A stretch of 64,000 nucleotides of DNA, taken from positions 800,001 through 864,000 of the forward strand of contig CBDBCZ010000015.1 of NCBI GenBank assembly GCA_965203295.1. Direction: 5' to 3'. This document shows, piece after piece, positions 24,201-37,676 of the stretch. Each line of letters begins with the position of its first letter. The first letter of the stretch is position 1. The position numbers and the translations under genes were made by a program. The DNA is from Nitrospirales bacterium (GTDB lineage: Bacteria > Nitrospirota > Nitrospiria > Nitrospirales > UBA8639). Below the pieces are notes generated by a model. That model made no database searches. It was given only the letters and a program-made list of their open reading frames with translations, and had not been told where the DNA came from.

Positions 24201-27200
24201 GGCGTGGCTGATCGCCGTAGCAATGATACATGCGTTTCTCTACGTATATATACTCCAGTATGCTTTCAATTTGAGTACGTATCTCTTCTAAGCTCCATGT
24301 TGAATAAAATACTCGTATACCATACTCGAGGGCTCGCGTATGTCCGTATTCAAGCTGTAGGCGTGACCAACTACTGTATTAAAAAAGGAGTGACCACTTG
24401 CCGTATTAAAAAAAATGGTGGAACACACCGATAATCAGAATAAGCGTGGAAATGCCGAGAATAAACCGCTTTCTACTATATCACATAGAGGCAAGCTAAT
24501 GTATCACGGACTTCAGCGTTATAATCCTGTTTAGAAATTGTTGTAACCTCTAAATCGCCCGTTCGAGTGTTTTCCAAAACTTTTTACGACAGACAACGAC
24601 AACGCCAACGACAGACGGACAAAACCGATTGCCGCCCACGCAACATGCTACAAGTAGCAAATATATCATATCATCGCACTATATAGGAGCCTAGTACATG
24701 TACAGTTTGCTGAACCTGGCAAATGTACTGGAAACAACGTTTTCCTGCTTCAGCAGCTAAACCAAATTTAGCAATTCACTCTCACTCTTGTTCTCTTGAC
24801 TAGGTTTTCCCATCTTGAGGGGGCACTAGAATCACAGTTTCTTATGCTTACTGTACATGCACATTCAAGGGTGCAGAATTACACTCACAAAAACAGTGCT
24901 TTCTGCCGTATGAAGAGGTCAATAGCAGACATATTTGCAAACACTTGGTTCATGACAATGAAGAAGAATGCTCCAATCCTGCAAAAAGTGAGTACAACAG
25001 ATATCTCACCAACTAAAGATTACCAAGCAAGCTAGTACACAGTCTCAAAGTGGCTCTGGCTTGGTAAAAAATTCTGAGATTATAATAGTATGTGGGACTA
25101 AATGACTCGTAGCTATGTAGTGATTACTGCCCTTCATTAAGCAATTAATACACAACACTTAGTAATACGTACAGAAAGAATCTTGGATAGTGACGGCTTA
25201 CAGCAAACTTGTACTTACAACATTTCAATCACACTATGGTCATTTTTTTTAGGTATAAAATGTAGAACTGGCATCTTAACTAATTATATAATAGTTTGCT
25301 ATAAGCTGTCACTGCCTAACCTTCGTTCTGCATGCTCGTCTACTAACATGGCAACATGAGCACATGTACAATACACAGACCTGTCATAGAATGCATTTTC
25401 CACGTTCAGAGCTGTCAGTTCTCGAGAATTAATGCGCAGGTAGATGATACCCACCAGAATGGCAAATATGATCATCACCAGGATCTGTGCAGGTTGACAA
25501 AAGACAGCAGTTCCAGTTGGAGATGTGTATATATACATACCCTCGTACCCTACCCTGAAAAAAGCACCAAGAGCACCCTTCCCATTACCTGGAAGATGGA
25601 GGCTATGGGGTCCCTCCACAAGTTTACCACTGACCGCACACTAACAATTAACAGCTGCATAAAAGAAACAATAAGTTTTGAAGTGAAAAGAAAACTATTA
25701 TTACTTGGTACACAACACTATATACACCCAGTAATATTAGGAAGATACCTACTCTAAATACAGCAGTGGCGTACATATTGAACATTACTGGCTGAGAATA
25801 AACGACAAGTTATCAAATCAAAACATGACGATAGTATATGCACATATCTGCTTGTTTCACAAATGGCTTCAGATCTCCTACAACTTTTATGCTTTTGCTT
25901 TTCTCATTTAAGAATACAATTTTAGTCTGTATCTCACTACATTTACAAACAGCTTTGATGGAATGAGGGATACAGTTCATTGAGCCATGCTTTTAACATA
26001 GTGTCATGGACAGAAGTGAGAAGTTAACGTTGCTAATACACGTGATAGTCTGGACTACTGTATAGTGCTAAATTTTCGAGGCACATAATTTTCGCGGAAA
26101 CGTCTTGAAAATGAGGTTTGTGAAAATTTTCCACAGAAACGTTCTGCACATCGAATTTTCCCCTCAGTTTTGTATCAGTTGCTTAGAAGTAGTAATAGTG
26201 AGCTATATATCTTGAAAAGTACAGGCTTCAGTCTTGATTTAATTCTTAATTGGGGTCCACTCTAAAAAGCAATAAGGTTGCAGCAAACCGACAAAAAGAG
26301 ATTTGTATACAAAAGATCATGCCAGACCAGAAAGCTGAGATTGGGAAACAAACAGTTGTAGCTGCAACCATGCATGCTCTATCCACTACTATGAGCATGG
26401 GCACTACAATAAAAGAATCTATGGCCTGCCAAATTTTTTTACACGACCAATCCGCAAAAGAATTGTCCCCATGAAAATATGGTGCTATACACTAATATCA
26501 CCTCCAGGGGGGCTAATTAGTGATTATGTAAACACTTCTGAGTAAGGCTTATCGACGCAAAGAAGCAATATGAGACCACAATACCCAGCTAACTAATAGC
26601 TGGTTAAAGCAATCAGCTATGTATTGACATGGCAGCATGTACTCCTGCTGAGACTGCATATAGCAGCTATTATAAGCTATATAGCCACAAAGAGTTCCAC
26701 AAGGCGTGTGAAAATAGTTTGTAACACATACATAGCCGAAAATTTATGTGTGTGGGCAATAGTATGAGGCTAGTACATTTTAAGATCTGTAAATGCAGAC
26801 AGGCTAGATCAACCATTGATAATTAGTACCTCCATAACGTAATCGAAGAGAAGTCTTGAAACAAAACGATGTGGACATACATATTGGCATATGTACCTGC
26901 CAGAAGAAATTGGTAGCATAACTGGCTGTCTTTGGATTGGCAGTGAAGCCTCCGGCCATCTCCCTTTCTGTAAGGTCGTCCATCACAGGTTGCAGTTTTT
27001 CATGCAAATGCTTGTAATGCTCAGACTGCTTGTAGCAAGTGACTACATTCACAGTATGATCGAAATCCTCGTTGCCTAGGTAAAGAAGGAAAGCGATACT
27101 AATTTAGCATTACAGGGCAAGTATGAATGAACCCCACACTAGTGAGTTGAATTCGAGGTTTTTTTTTTCCCATTCATTGTGCCGCATTAATGTTTATTAT

Positions 27201-30200
27201 TCTGTTTAAGCACTCCATTGTTGCACACTCTTTAAACACACGTGTTACACATTGCACATTGACAGATACTCAGTTTCAGAAGTAGTGTAGGGCAGAGCGA
27301 GAGAGAAGCGGCTTCAAACATGGCGAGAACGAGAGAGAGCCTACTGGGACAGTGGCTTAGCCTCGAACTCAGGCTTTTCTACCACTCACAAAAAAAAAGT
27401 TATAACCCTGCTTTAACTTTTTCTTTTTTTCAAAAGTGTTGGGAAGGCCTGGGTTTGAGGCTACCTCTAAGTATACGTAGTTTGAATCTTCCCCCAGAGG
27501 CTATAAACATCGCCTCATTTACATTCTTCCAACTATATCAAACAAGAGAGCTGCTCAGGGGTAGCGAAAGTGCATACTGCTTGTGCCAGGACACTTTTGA
27601 CGAATTTCAAGCAATCAAGAATTTGATCCATAGCTGTATATCAACAAAGTGCATGTACAACTCTTTGGACTGAAGGTCAGTACCAGGAGAATGAGTGAGA
27701 GTGAGTGAGTATGTGTGTGTAAGTAATCAATTGGAATTTGAGGAGTCTGCTGTCACACAGCTTTCTGCTTTGAACTCTCAGGAGATTGTGCATTTACCAG
27801 TTACACATTTGCCTTTTGTAGTGGACCACTACAACCAGCCTGTACTAAACCAGTATCTGCAAACCTGGGATTTCAGCAGCAGACCAGTTTTCGCAGAGTG
27901 TAAGAACATCCAGGAAAAAGTCTGCAGGGTTCTCATGCTGTTCACAGTGGAAACCTGTGAGATTATAGTAAAACACACAGTGCTGTTTAACTACGTCTTG
28001 TTAGTTCAATGTATAATTAGCTGGGAATGTTCGTATGTAACTGCAATCCTAAGGCGAAAGAGTAAGAGTGAGCAGAGGACAGGTAATTAGCAGAGAAACA
28101 CACTTAGTATAGTAGGAAATAGGTAGTATTACTAAAGCATACAGAGTCATAGCAAAGCTGTGGTAGGCACAATCATGCCTATAATTGCACTCTAACATCT
28201 TTCCTGAGTACATTCCTCACAGGTCCTGCACGTTGTGACAATAATAAAAGTGGCATGTAATTCTTGCAAGAGCTTACTTTGCGTATACGATGATAAAAAA
28301 CTATGTAGAATGTGTATGTCATTGAGTTTCTAACAGCACAGTTTCAAGTCTCCACTAGTACGTAGATTCTCAGTTCATTGAGTACAATGTGCAGAACATT
28401 TACCATCCCGAAAATTTCATCCTGAACACCAATCATTTCTTAAGATGTCGTTTATGCACGTTTATGCACAACCATGCAGGACCTGTGAGGAATGTACTCC
28501 CTGGGGAAATTGTTAGAGTGTAATTATCGGCATGATTGTGCATACCACACCTTTGAAGAAGCTATATAGGCAGCTATTGACCGTTCCTGTAAGACAACTC
28601 TGTATCAATCAGTGCAGCACACTGCCGTAGTTACCATAAATGAATCAATTGGACAACAGGAATGGTATTTACGCTTGTATGTGTGGGTGTTAGCCCCAGC
28701 TAATAGCTGTACTATGCATTCATTGATTTAGTCTTAAACTGTGAAACACTTGATAATATGCCAATTAATTAATTATCACATCATGCACTGTCTTTAATTA
28801 CCAATCCTGTCAAAGTGTCTCAGAGCATCTTGGGCAGGGCCATGGTAGGCCACTTCACCCAGTGATAAGAGAGTGAGGCTGTCAAAGAGCTTGAAGATGG
28901 AATACCGGGGTTGGTGGATAGACAAGATGATGATACAATTTTCTGATGTGCTCAGTCTATAGGGCATTAGAAATTAAGGCATGTGTGAAGATGTGCCTTC
29001 GAATGAAAGAATAATTATGCAGCACAGCATCTATAATTTCAACCTACAAACTTTAGTTTAGAACTATCTCCATGCATTCTTTCATAGCCACCAAAAAAAT
29101 TAGCAATGCAGGCCTGGGTATTGGGCTAGCAAACATGTTCTCTATTGCAATCCCAAGTAAGTTATGCACATTTTGTCAGCCAGTAATTTTTTCCTGAAAC
29201 AAATAATCATTAGACTTAGTACTGTAGAGCGTATGTAGTTATCTATGTCTGCCAATGCAATATTTTGAGAAGTGGGCAGAATTATGCAGGAATAGGGTGC
29301 TACTCACTCCTTGAGTAGCTTGACGACAGAATGAGCAGTGTTGGCATCCAGGCCACTGGTGGGCTCATCCAGAAATAGTATCTGAGGCTCGATGATCAGC
29401 TCCATGCCAATGTTGGTACGCCTCCTCTCACCACCGGAAACACCACGAATGAACTCTGTGCCCAACTGAGGATGAAATAGTAGTTACATTTTATGCCACT
29501 TCCATTCTATTGGTAGGAAAATACAGAAATTTCATGTGGCTTAACTGCATTTGAAGAAGCTATAGGCAGTGAGTCAATTAAGACAGAATTTGCACAGTAT
29601 ATTCTTCCAAGCATAGACTTACCTCGCAGAAAGTTCTAAGTTTTGTTTTTAATTGTGTGAGACAAACAGCTAGTTGTGGCATCGTGTGGGGTATTTCAAA
29701 GGCACTGCCAGTGCTATGACAAGTTATATACTGTATAGTGGGAAAATTTAGCGAGCATTAATTTGGCAAAATGGCAAAAAAAAAAACGACTACAAATTGA
29801 GATTGGTAAAGTTTAAATTTGGAAATTTGGTACACAAAAGTTAAGATGTAATCCTTGTGCTAGAAATTGGCAATTTGCACTGGCATAATATTATGTCATA
29901 ATTCTGATTAAGTGCATGACATATTCAACTAGCCTACTAGCAAGCTTATCTTTCAATCCAGAAGCTTGAAGAAATACGTAGCAGCCTTTGTTGATCCGTT
30001 CTCAGTGGAAACCCATTGGTGAAAGCTTAGTCTGGCTGGCATGGCTTTGGGTTCAAGTTTCAAGATAGAGTGTGCTTAAGGTACAGTGTTGGATGACCTT
30101 CCCAAAGATGGACGAATCGTCACACGTACATGGAGTGGAAGGAACAGCTCCTTCTTTATTGTACTGTAACAGTGACATGATAAAAGTGTCACACATGTAT

Positions 30201-33200
30201 AGAGCTGCAGTGCTGCATACATGTGTGTGTGGGTGTTACAAATTGCATCATACTTTATTAATGGTGAGAATTTAATTGGTGATTTTACCATTTGCCAAAC
30301 CACCAAATTTCTCCCACTATACTATAGCACGTGCTGGCATTGCCTATGAAACACTCACACAAAATGCCACAAGTACACATATATGTACCACTTACAAAAT
30401 GGATGCCACTGTTAGACTGCGATGTAATGGGCAGTGATTACTACCAGTATGTGTTGTTACTTGTAAACTATAGCTACATGCAATTTCTCTGTATATACCT
30501 TGGTACTTGCACAGTCATTTAGGCCCAGCTGCTCGATCACCTTCTCTACTCTCTTCTTCCTCTGGTCCCAAGTTGTGTGGGAGGGCAACCGAAGGGCAGC
30601 AGAGAAGTGTAGGTTCTCACGCACTGTCAGTGTACCCATTACAATATCATCCTGATCCATATGTAAAACAGAAAGAAGACTCATGCTATTAACCTAGGAC
30701 ACTAACATACATATAGCTACATTGTACCTGAACTAAACTGTGGCCAGCATGCATGCACCAATGAAAAAACTGGAAAGAATGTTGTACTAGCAGCTGTAAA
30801 AAAAACCTGTATTTGATGTACATGTATATAGTGTCAAGCCAAATGTACAATCATAAAGATTTGCACCAGCGTGTGTGGATGTTAGCTCTACACAGCCAAC
30901 AATGGGAATGCAATGATTTTTGGTACAATGTAAGCACTAACTTTCAACTAATGGCAGTCCAGGCTAGAAGGCTACAGCTGCTTTCGTTCAAGCATCACGA
31001 AATGTGCTGTTTTCACGTGATCGCGAGTGGTGTACGTGTAAACTCTGCCCTGTATCTCCCATGCTGTAACACAAATACACTTGACTTCTGATGCATTGCT
31101 GCAGTGGTACCCCATCTAAAGTCCATGTGCAATTCATTCAGTTTATGCATAGATACGTAGTAGAGTGCACTCTACTATCTATGGTTTAAGCATAACGTTG
31201 GTGAGTCACCTCTGATGAGTATATGTAGGAATGATGACAGTTCTACGTAAATTAATGACATCGTGAAAGTGGTTAATAAACACATTATTGCACTCATGAA
31301 AGTGAAATATGGCCTGATATTGCACTCGTAGGCAGCATTTTCATTCGCCTCCGGCTCATGAAAGTACATCTGCCAACTCGTGCAATCAGCCATATTTCAC
31401 TTTCACTCATGCAATAAAATATACGTATAATAATCCTAAAGATAGCTGGTAATGTCTTATGAAAGCATGCACATGTTAATATAACAGCCGAGTATAGTGG
31501 AGCCATATTTAATTTATCATACTTGCTCTTAGTACATTTTGAATGGATGTAGCCGTATTAAGTACATATCTAGAAGTTGTATATGCTAGCTGTCATTTAG
31601 TGTTTATTCCAGTGTTAGTACTGTGTTAGAACTGTGTGCGGTTTTATTATATACACCCTCTATCCTAATAGCAGGATAAATGCCGTAGATAGAACACATT
31701 TACTGTGATAAGTTTAAACAACCCAACAGTCCATACGGCTATATAGAGTCTGAGGCAAATGTAGAGATTGCAAAATCTTTACCTGTCTCTGTACGCATGT
31801 GTGTTGTATGGCAGTTCATCATTTTGTTGTATAATTAATTCAAACTAGATGTAATTCTGTATATAATCACATTCTCAGTCCTCACTCCTGTGTAGCATAA
31901 TTTATTAGCTATCTACCCATCTCAGTCATACTACATAGCTACAATGATGGGAATCAACTGTGTGAAATGTAATACTGGCTCTCATGCTGTGGATTGCACA
32001 ACACACTGTAGTAGATGCACTGCCAGACATGCCTGATGGAATTATGCGCTTGACTCCAATCTCATCAACTGTAAATTACATGAGTAATATTACTCAAGAG
32101 TGAGGAGTATACAAAACGTTGGTGCATCCAGTACCACTATCTGGCATCTATCTGCACAGCATCTCAATGTCACAAAACACATACTGCAAGGTATGTGTTC
32201 TCTGAACACTTCTAGTCTTCGAAGAAATTAAGACAAACAACTCTATCTCTCTCTGTCTCGAGAACTATGTGATGTATAAACATCGAGCTTGCACCGTTGC
32301 GCTGCTAGGTACATGTACATTCCAACGATATTCGAATCCTAGAGTTGGAGAGTGTTTTGGGGTCTCCACACAGAAAAAAGATGAAATTCACTGATTATAG
32401 AGAGCTCTACGTAGCACCCCTCAGTACTCAAAGCAGCTATGATGGCGAAAGGTTGGTATGCAGCAGCATGGTAGTGGGGCTTCTTAATAATGAAGAAAGA
32501 TCCGAAAAGTTGCTTCAGGGAGGAAACACAGAATGGTGTCTGACAATACATACATTTGCCCGATCATAGCTGTGTCTGAATTTAACTTTGAAAGGCTGTA
32601 GCTCCAAAACTAAACATTTGTCCGATCATAGTAGCTGTTTCCAAATTAGGCTATAGCTCCAGTACTAAGCAACGGAGGAACACCAAACTTTTAACTTGAA
32701 GTGCAAAAGATCTGCAGCATTGATTGAAGCCCCACCCACTTCCGGTAATAATATGCTCGCCAGTAAGGTCTAAAAATATCTGGTGTTCGTTCATCGGTTA
32801 CTTACTCTATGTGGACTGTATTAATGTATGCACAGGCAAAAATTTTAGTTGAACACACTAGTGCAGGCTCATGCTCGCGTAATGAGTAGCATTTGCAGTA
32901 AGTTCGATTACTTTTCTGCTAATGCAGTTTTAGATACAAAATATCAATTACATATAGATATGCATGCATGCTCTCACCTGAACCACATAACCTGAAACAC
33001 ACTTGAAATTCTTTGGTTGGCGATCGCCATTGATCAATATACTTCCTGTCAGACCAGATTTGTCCTTGCGATCTGCCAGAATGTCAAGCAGACTAAAGGA
33101 TGTATGTACGTGTATGCGTGTGTACAATTATATGTTGATTATACAAACTCGTGTTGGAATAGACTCTACAGGAGATTGCCAATGGACAAGGTTGACACAC

Positions 33201-36200
33201 ATGACATGAGAGTATATTTTGCCTTCCATGTGGGGTAACTACCCTTGCACGTATGCGGTGAGGATAAGCAAATGGCTCTGTCTGTCTGTCTGTTGTCTGT
33301 CCATTCAAAAATGGGGTTATGCCATGATTTACAGGGTTATTAATAAGCAATTGCTAAACCAGACAGTAACCTTGAAATCTACCTGAGCGTACCTGAGCGA
33401 CCAAAGCGGTTTCTATTCTCCACATTTCCAGCTCTTTCTTTTTGAAGGCTCACCATTTTAAATACGTACGGTCAAGAATTTAAATACAACAGAGGGTGGG
33501 CATATAGGCAGTCTCAGAACACGTGCTCATACTGGAGTATAAGTAGAGAAGCATCCGTGTCAAGAATACAGCAATCAATAACGCCCACAGCTTGAATACA
33601 GCGATAATTATATGAGGACCCGGTATATGAGTCTTTCACACTTTACAGAGCCAGCTGCTCCACCAAGCCAGGAAAATCTACAGTCCAGTCTCCAGAGTCC
33701 AGGGTCTCATTTGTAAAAATGTAGCACGGGGTATGTCTCTGCTAAAGACTTTAAGGATTTGCGTAAGTATGTGTAAGTTACAAGCAACAAACATTGTTTC
33801 ACACTCTAGGATAACCTGTAGTGCTCTCTAAGTTTACAGTATACTGAACTTCCCTGTGGCTTATGAAAGCTACAGGTAGTGCTAGTCCAATAGGTGTCTC
33901 AATTCTGAAGTTCCAACCTCAATCAGTAACTTCTTTGTTTTTGAATTTTTCCTTTTTGATATACGGGTGCGTATGTTAGTACAGAGACACAAATCGCTAC
34001 TCATGCTGTTACTTACGCATATGTATGTGCAGCAGACAAGTCTAACAGTATACGTGGCATGTGTACAAAGTACTAATATACTCATGTTGCTGTCTTAGCA
34101 CTTATGCCATTGGCCATGCACCCACATTTGCAAGCGGAGCTTGTAAGATCTTTAGCAAAGGACAAAAGCAAGAGTAACCTGATGTTTCACCATCCTGATC
34201 ATCCTTCCTAGTATCCCAGATTAGTAATACAAAACTCTTAACTAGTTTTAAATAAAACCGTAAAAACATGTCTGTCCCATTTCTCACACCCTAAAATAAA
34301 GTTACTAAAATTATTGAGTGTACTAAACTCTTCAAAACATCCCCCAACGTATCGTCAAATTCTCCCATGAAAGTACTTTTTATGTTGTCATACACAGGCA
34401 CAGAGCACATGTAAGTACTACACTCTCACATTCATCCCCACATATAACTTTCGCTGCCTATCATCATTTCTATTTCTATGTCTTTCTAACTTTTCATTCA
34501 AACCAACCTTTAATTAAACATCAAGCATGTTCCTAGATCCCCAACCTCCTGCAAACAATTCTATTTCCTTTCAAAAGATCGACTTATTGAACAGACTCAG
34601 TTTAACTAGCCATCATTAAAGTTTTTATTTATACCACATTACATCACATCTAAGGTGTTTGATTGGAGCAGAAGAGGAGTATAAAGGGTCATATACTACT
34701 TTTATGTTTTCATGTTTTATTATACTACTTTCATGTTTTCATGTAATAGGACAGAAGAGGAGTATAAAGCGTTGCTAGGTACCTACTCCACTGATTGGTC
34801 AAATGTTGTATAAGCCGGATATACCACGCCTACTCGGAGTATAAACGTGATATACTCCGCTAGGCTGTTTACTCTCGACTATCGCCTCGGGTAAACCGTC
34901 TAGCGAAGTATATCTGCGTTTATACTCCTCGTAGACGTGGTATATCCTATACATATTCTCTTTTCCTATCTAGATTTAACTGCAGCAACAATTCACCAAT
35001 GACTTAATTTCCTCCAGGTCTTCCTCTGCCTACCTCTACACAGTTTCACTTCCCACTCACAGTGCAGTGTCTAGTAGTACCTATAACTATATCAAATGGT
35101 TTGGATATAGCATGTGTAAAAAATGGGTATACCGTATAATTTTTAATTATTCGTCCAAATTATCATTTTGATTCATTGACAGTCAACATGGCACTTCTAT
35201 TCCACATCCACGAGCTCTCAATGCTTTCTTCCACTTCTGCTATCTCACTGACTTCAGCAGTGTCAGACTTCAGCAGTAACAGCATATCTACAAATGGCAC
35301 ACACACAGCCACCAATGATATATAGCCACAACAGGCAATAAGCTTATGCACGCATGTTAGTCACATGACAGGTAGGAGCACTCCTGCTACTACTACTACT
35401 CAGCTGATAGTGCACAGCTGATTGTGCACAGCAATAAAAACTTTCACAAGAAACAGCACATGCACAGGTACCCTCTTTGTCCTTGACAGGCCTTTCTATA
35501 TCAGCTGTCACACTCCAGGGCAGTCCTGCTGACATAATTAGAAGTAATACTACCTGAAACTGAGCATGCAGCTGAAAAAATAATTTCAGAATGGGCCTAC
35601 CAATTTGTTGGAGGAAATAAATTCCCAAAAAACTAGGGTGTGGCAAATAATTAGAGGGGTGAATATAATTAGAAGTAATATGCTATTAAACTTTGCTCAC
35701 TTCCTAGCATTCATTGTACATGTTACATGTGTGGATAAATAAAGCCGCCGCATCCTGGCACTTCCAACTGTTAAACTACAGCATAGATGAGTGAAAGTTC
35801 TATTATCTATGACCACAGCACTTCAAACGCCCATAAGTAAACATAGTTCAGGTGCCTAACATACAGAAGGGCATCTGGTATCCACTGTTCACATAGGTGC
35901 GAGAATATACAGGAAAATGTCAGTAAGTTATCCATGAACGTTATAAGCTACTTGGCAAAGAGTAGTACGGAGGCAGCTATGTGGTATACGTGCATAGTAA
36001 GCAGACTAAAAAGGCTTTGTAAGCAATATAGTAAAGAACATGTAATCCTCTATCTGCTAGGCTATCTCATCCCAGAAGCTTTTCTCCAGGTGGGCTGCTT
36101 TCTGTGGTTGACTTTTAATCAAATATCTTACCATCTAGGCTGCTCACTGGGATCGAAGATTCGAATTACCGATCACTTCCTATGACAGAACGTAACACAA

Positions 36201-37676
36201 ACTAGTACACAACAGTAATTTTATAGTGGGCTAGATCTATTATGATAGATACATACAACTATCATGGTGTAATTTGCAACATATTAATAGTAACTACAAT
36301 GGGTCAATAGTATGCCTGTAATAAAGGACTCACGTCGTTTTTCCACTGCCAGTGGGACCCATAATAGCATTTACTCCAGGAAGCAGCAGTCCACTGGAGC
36401 ATAGAGAGATGTGTAATCACAATTACCATAGTCTGCCAGCCATAAAATAACCAACATACCCTTACGTAATCAGCAGAAGCAATAATGAGGTGGACAATTG
36501 GCAGGTATTATTATGATTACTTTCCGCATTTATTTTGTTTGTTCACATCTGCACTTATCATACATCAATGCACTACTGGACAACACATACATGTACATAT
36601 ATATATATAATATATAGGAGGAGGAAGCTATTTGGGACCGGGGATGCAAAGCACAGTAAAATGTGGGCTGGTAACTGCAAGCTACCCATACTAACTAATT
36701 TAGTGCGCAGTGCCTATAATAGCTTTCTGTGCATTTATAGCTTTGGACAAAGCTACTTGGCTCTGCAGTGTCATCTGTGAGTGTAGCATCACAAAGACGA
36801 GTCATAATCATTAACGAAAAGGCTTGCCATGCTACTGTTTTCTGATTATGGGGTGTATGCCGTGGCAACTGCTAATGAGAGAAATTATAGGATATTGGGC
36901 CTTTACTGTCACTTTTGATGGTGTCATCCCAGTCTTAGAAGATCAAACTGGAGTCGTAGTATTTAGCCCATAGATAATAGAGTTCTAGATAGTTCTCTTA
37001 CGTAGCCCAACTCATTTTCATGTACAGTGAGGAATGTACATATTTACCATAGACTGTTTAATTCTGTCATTTCTGTCTGGGGGGGGGGGGGGGGGGGTCT
37101 CCAGCTTTGAGACGGTCGGTGTGATTGAATAACATCCTAATGTTGTATTCCATAAAGTGTTTAGACAAACATTTTTCTGCTAGATAATTTAACTCCTTAC
37201 AGACTCATAAGAGTGGATGAAGTCAATATTAACACATACGTAAGCGCATGGTACTTACACAACTGTTCCTCTGTTCACCCGTTTTTCTGCTCACTACATT
37301 ATCTTTATGCTTGGGAGTGCAGTTCGCTCAGTGACTAACCGTCATAACATTTATTTGTATAAATGCTGTTTTAATATTAGCTTAAATTACTTCTATTAAA
37401 TTGTTGCATTGGACGTTAGAATAGACAGTAAAATTATTATTAACAGCAGCTCAAGCTTAAATACCTTGCTGAATGCAGGATGACCTTCTGACTCTTTTCC
37501 CTACAACCTCCCACTTCGTAGCTGACGTCGTGGAAAGCGATGCCATGCAGTTGCCCATGCGGAACACTTCCTATTTTCTCTTCCGTGTGGATATCCACGG
37601 CGATGCTCTGTACAGTGCTGCCATACGTAAACTCAGCAGACGCGTCATCTGCAAGTAAAGCCTGAGACGCAGACAT
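21241..37676 (-). CDS. ABCG2: ABCG2-like half transporter, copy B (complete, 16 coding exons)
   Basis: Exons 37465-37676, 36334-36393, 32978-33092, 30499-30651, 29308-29465, 28802-28956, 27865-27954, 26897-27075, 25589-25654, 25381-25484, 24889-24978, 23904-24028, 22904-23058, 22078-22167, 21892-21989, 21241-21406 join in frame with GT-AG sites. All NBD motifs plus NPADFFLD are present. The TMD has [26 protein letters not shown] and DLIPMRIIP (R482-equivalent Arg) and ends RTIKKEK*. Confidence 0.95.
24133..24645 (-). mobile_element. Helentron-associated interspersed element (HINE/DINE-1-like), reverse copy
   Basis: Reverse complement of the GGGGTATGTCTCTGCTAGAGAC 3' hairpin at ~24135-24157 and a GTCY-like microsatellite at ~24590-24620. 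Confidence 0.6.
26057..26490. mobile_element. pogo/Tc1-type MITE (TA-CYGTATAG TIR family)
   Basis: TACTGTATAGTGCTAAATTTTCGAGG ... CCCATGAAAATATGGTGCTATAC; similar ends at 19216, 29729-30326 and 59197. Confidence 0.6.
28154..28554. mobile_element. MITE with ~75-bp terminal inverted repeats
   Basis: GTGGTAGGCACAATCATGCC...GAGTACATTCCTCACAGGTCCTGCA pairs with TGCAGGACCTGTGAGGAATGTACTC...GGCATGATTGTGCATACCAC. Confidence 0.75.
29729..30326. mobile_element. Tc1/pogo-type MITE
   Basis: TACTGTATAGTGGGAAAATTT ... AAATTTCTCCCACTATACTATA inverted ends. Confidence 0.65.
31285..31417. repeat. Fold-back element in an ABCG intron
   Basis: TTATTGCA..TGAAAGTGAAATATGGC pairs with GCCATATTTCACTTTCA..TGCAATAA; central CGCCTCCGGCT. 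Confidence 0.7.
33238..33752 (+). mobile_element. HINE/DINE-1-like element
   Basis: 5' TACCC...GGATAAGCAAATGG, a (GTCT)n tract, and 3' GGGGTATGTCTCTGCTAAAGACT. Confidence 0.65.
34817..34947. repeat. ~130-bp fold-back element in an ABCG intron
   Basis: GGATATACCACGCCTAC..GGAGTATAAACG pairs with CGTTTATACTCC..GTAGACGTGGTATATCC; central CGACTATCGCCTCG. Confidence 0.8.

Noticed and set aside
27798..27828. Extra micro-exon of ABCG copy B
   Set aside because: It would need a ~36-nt intron, and the flanking exons already join in frame.
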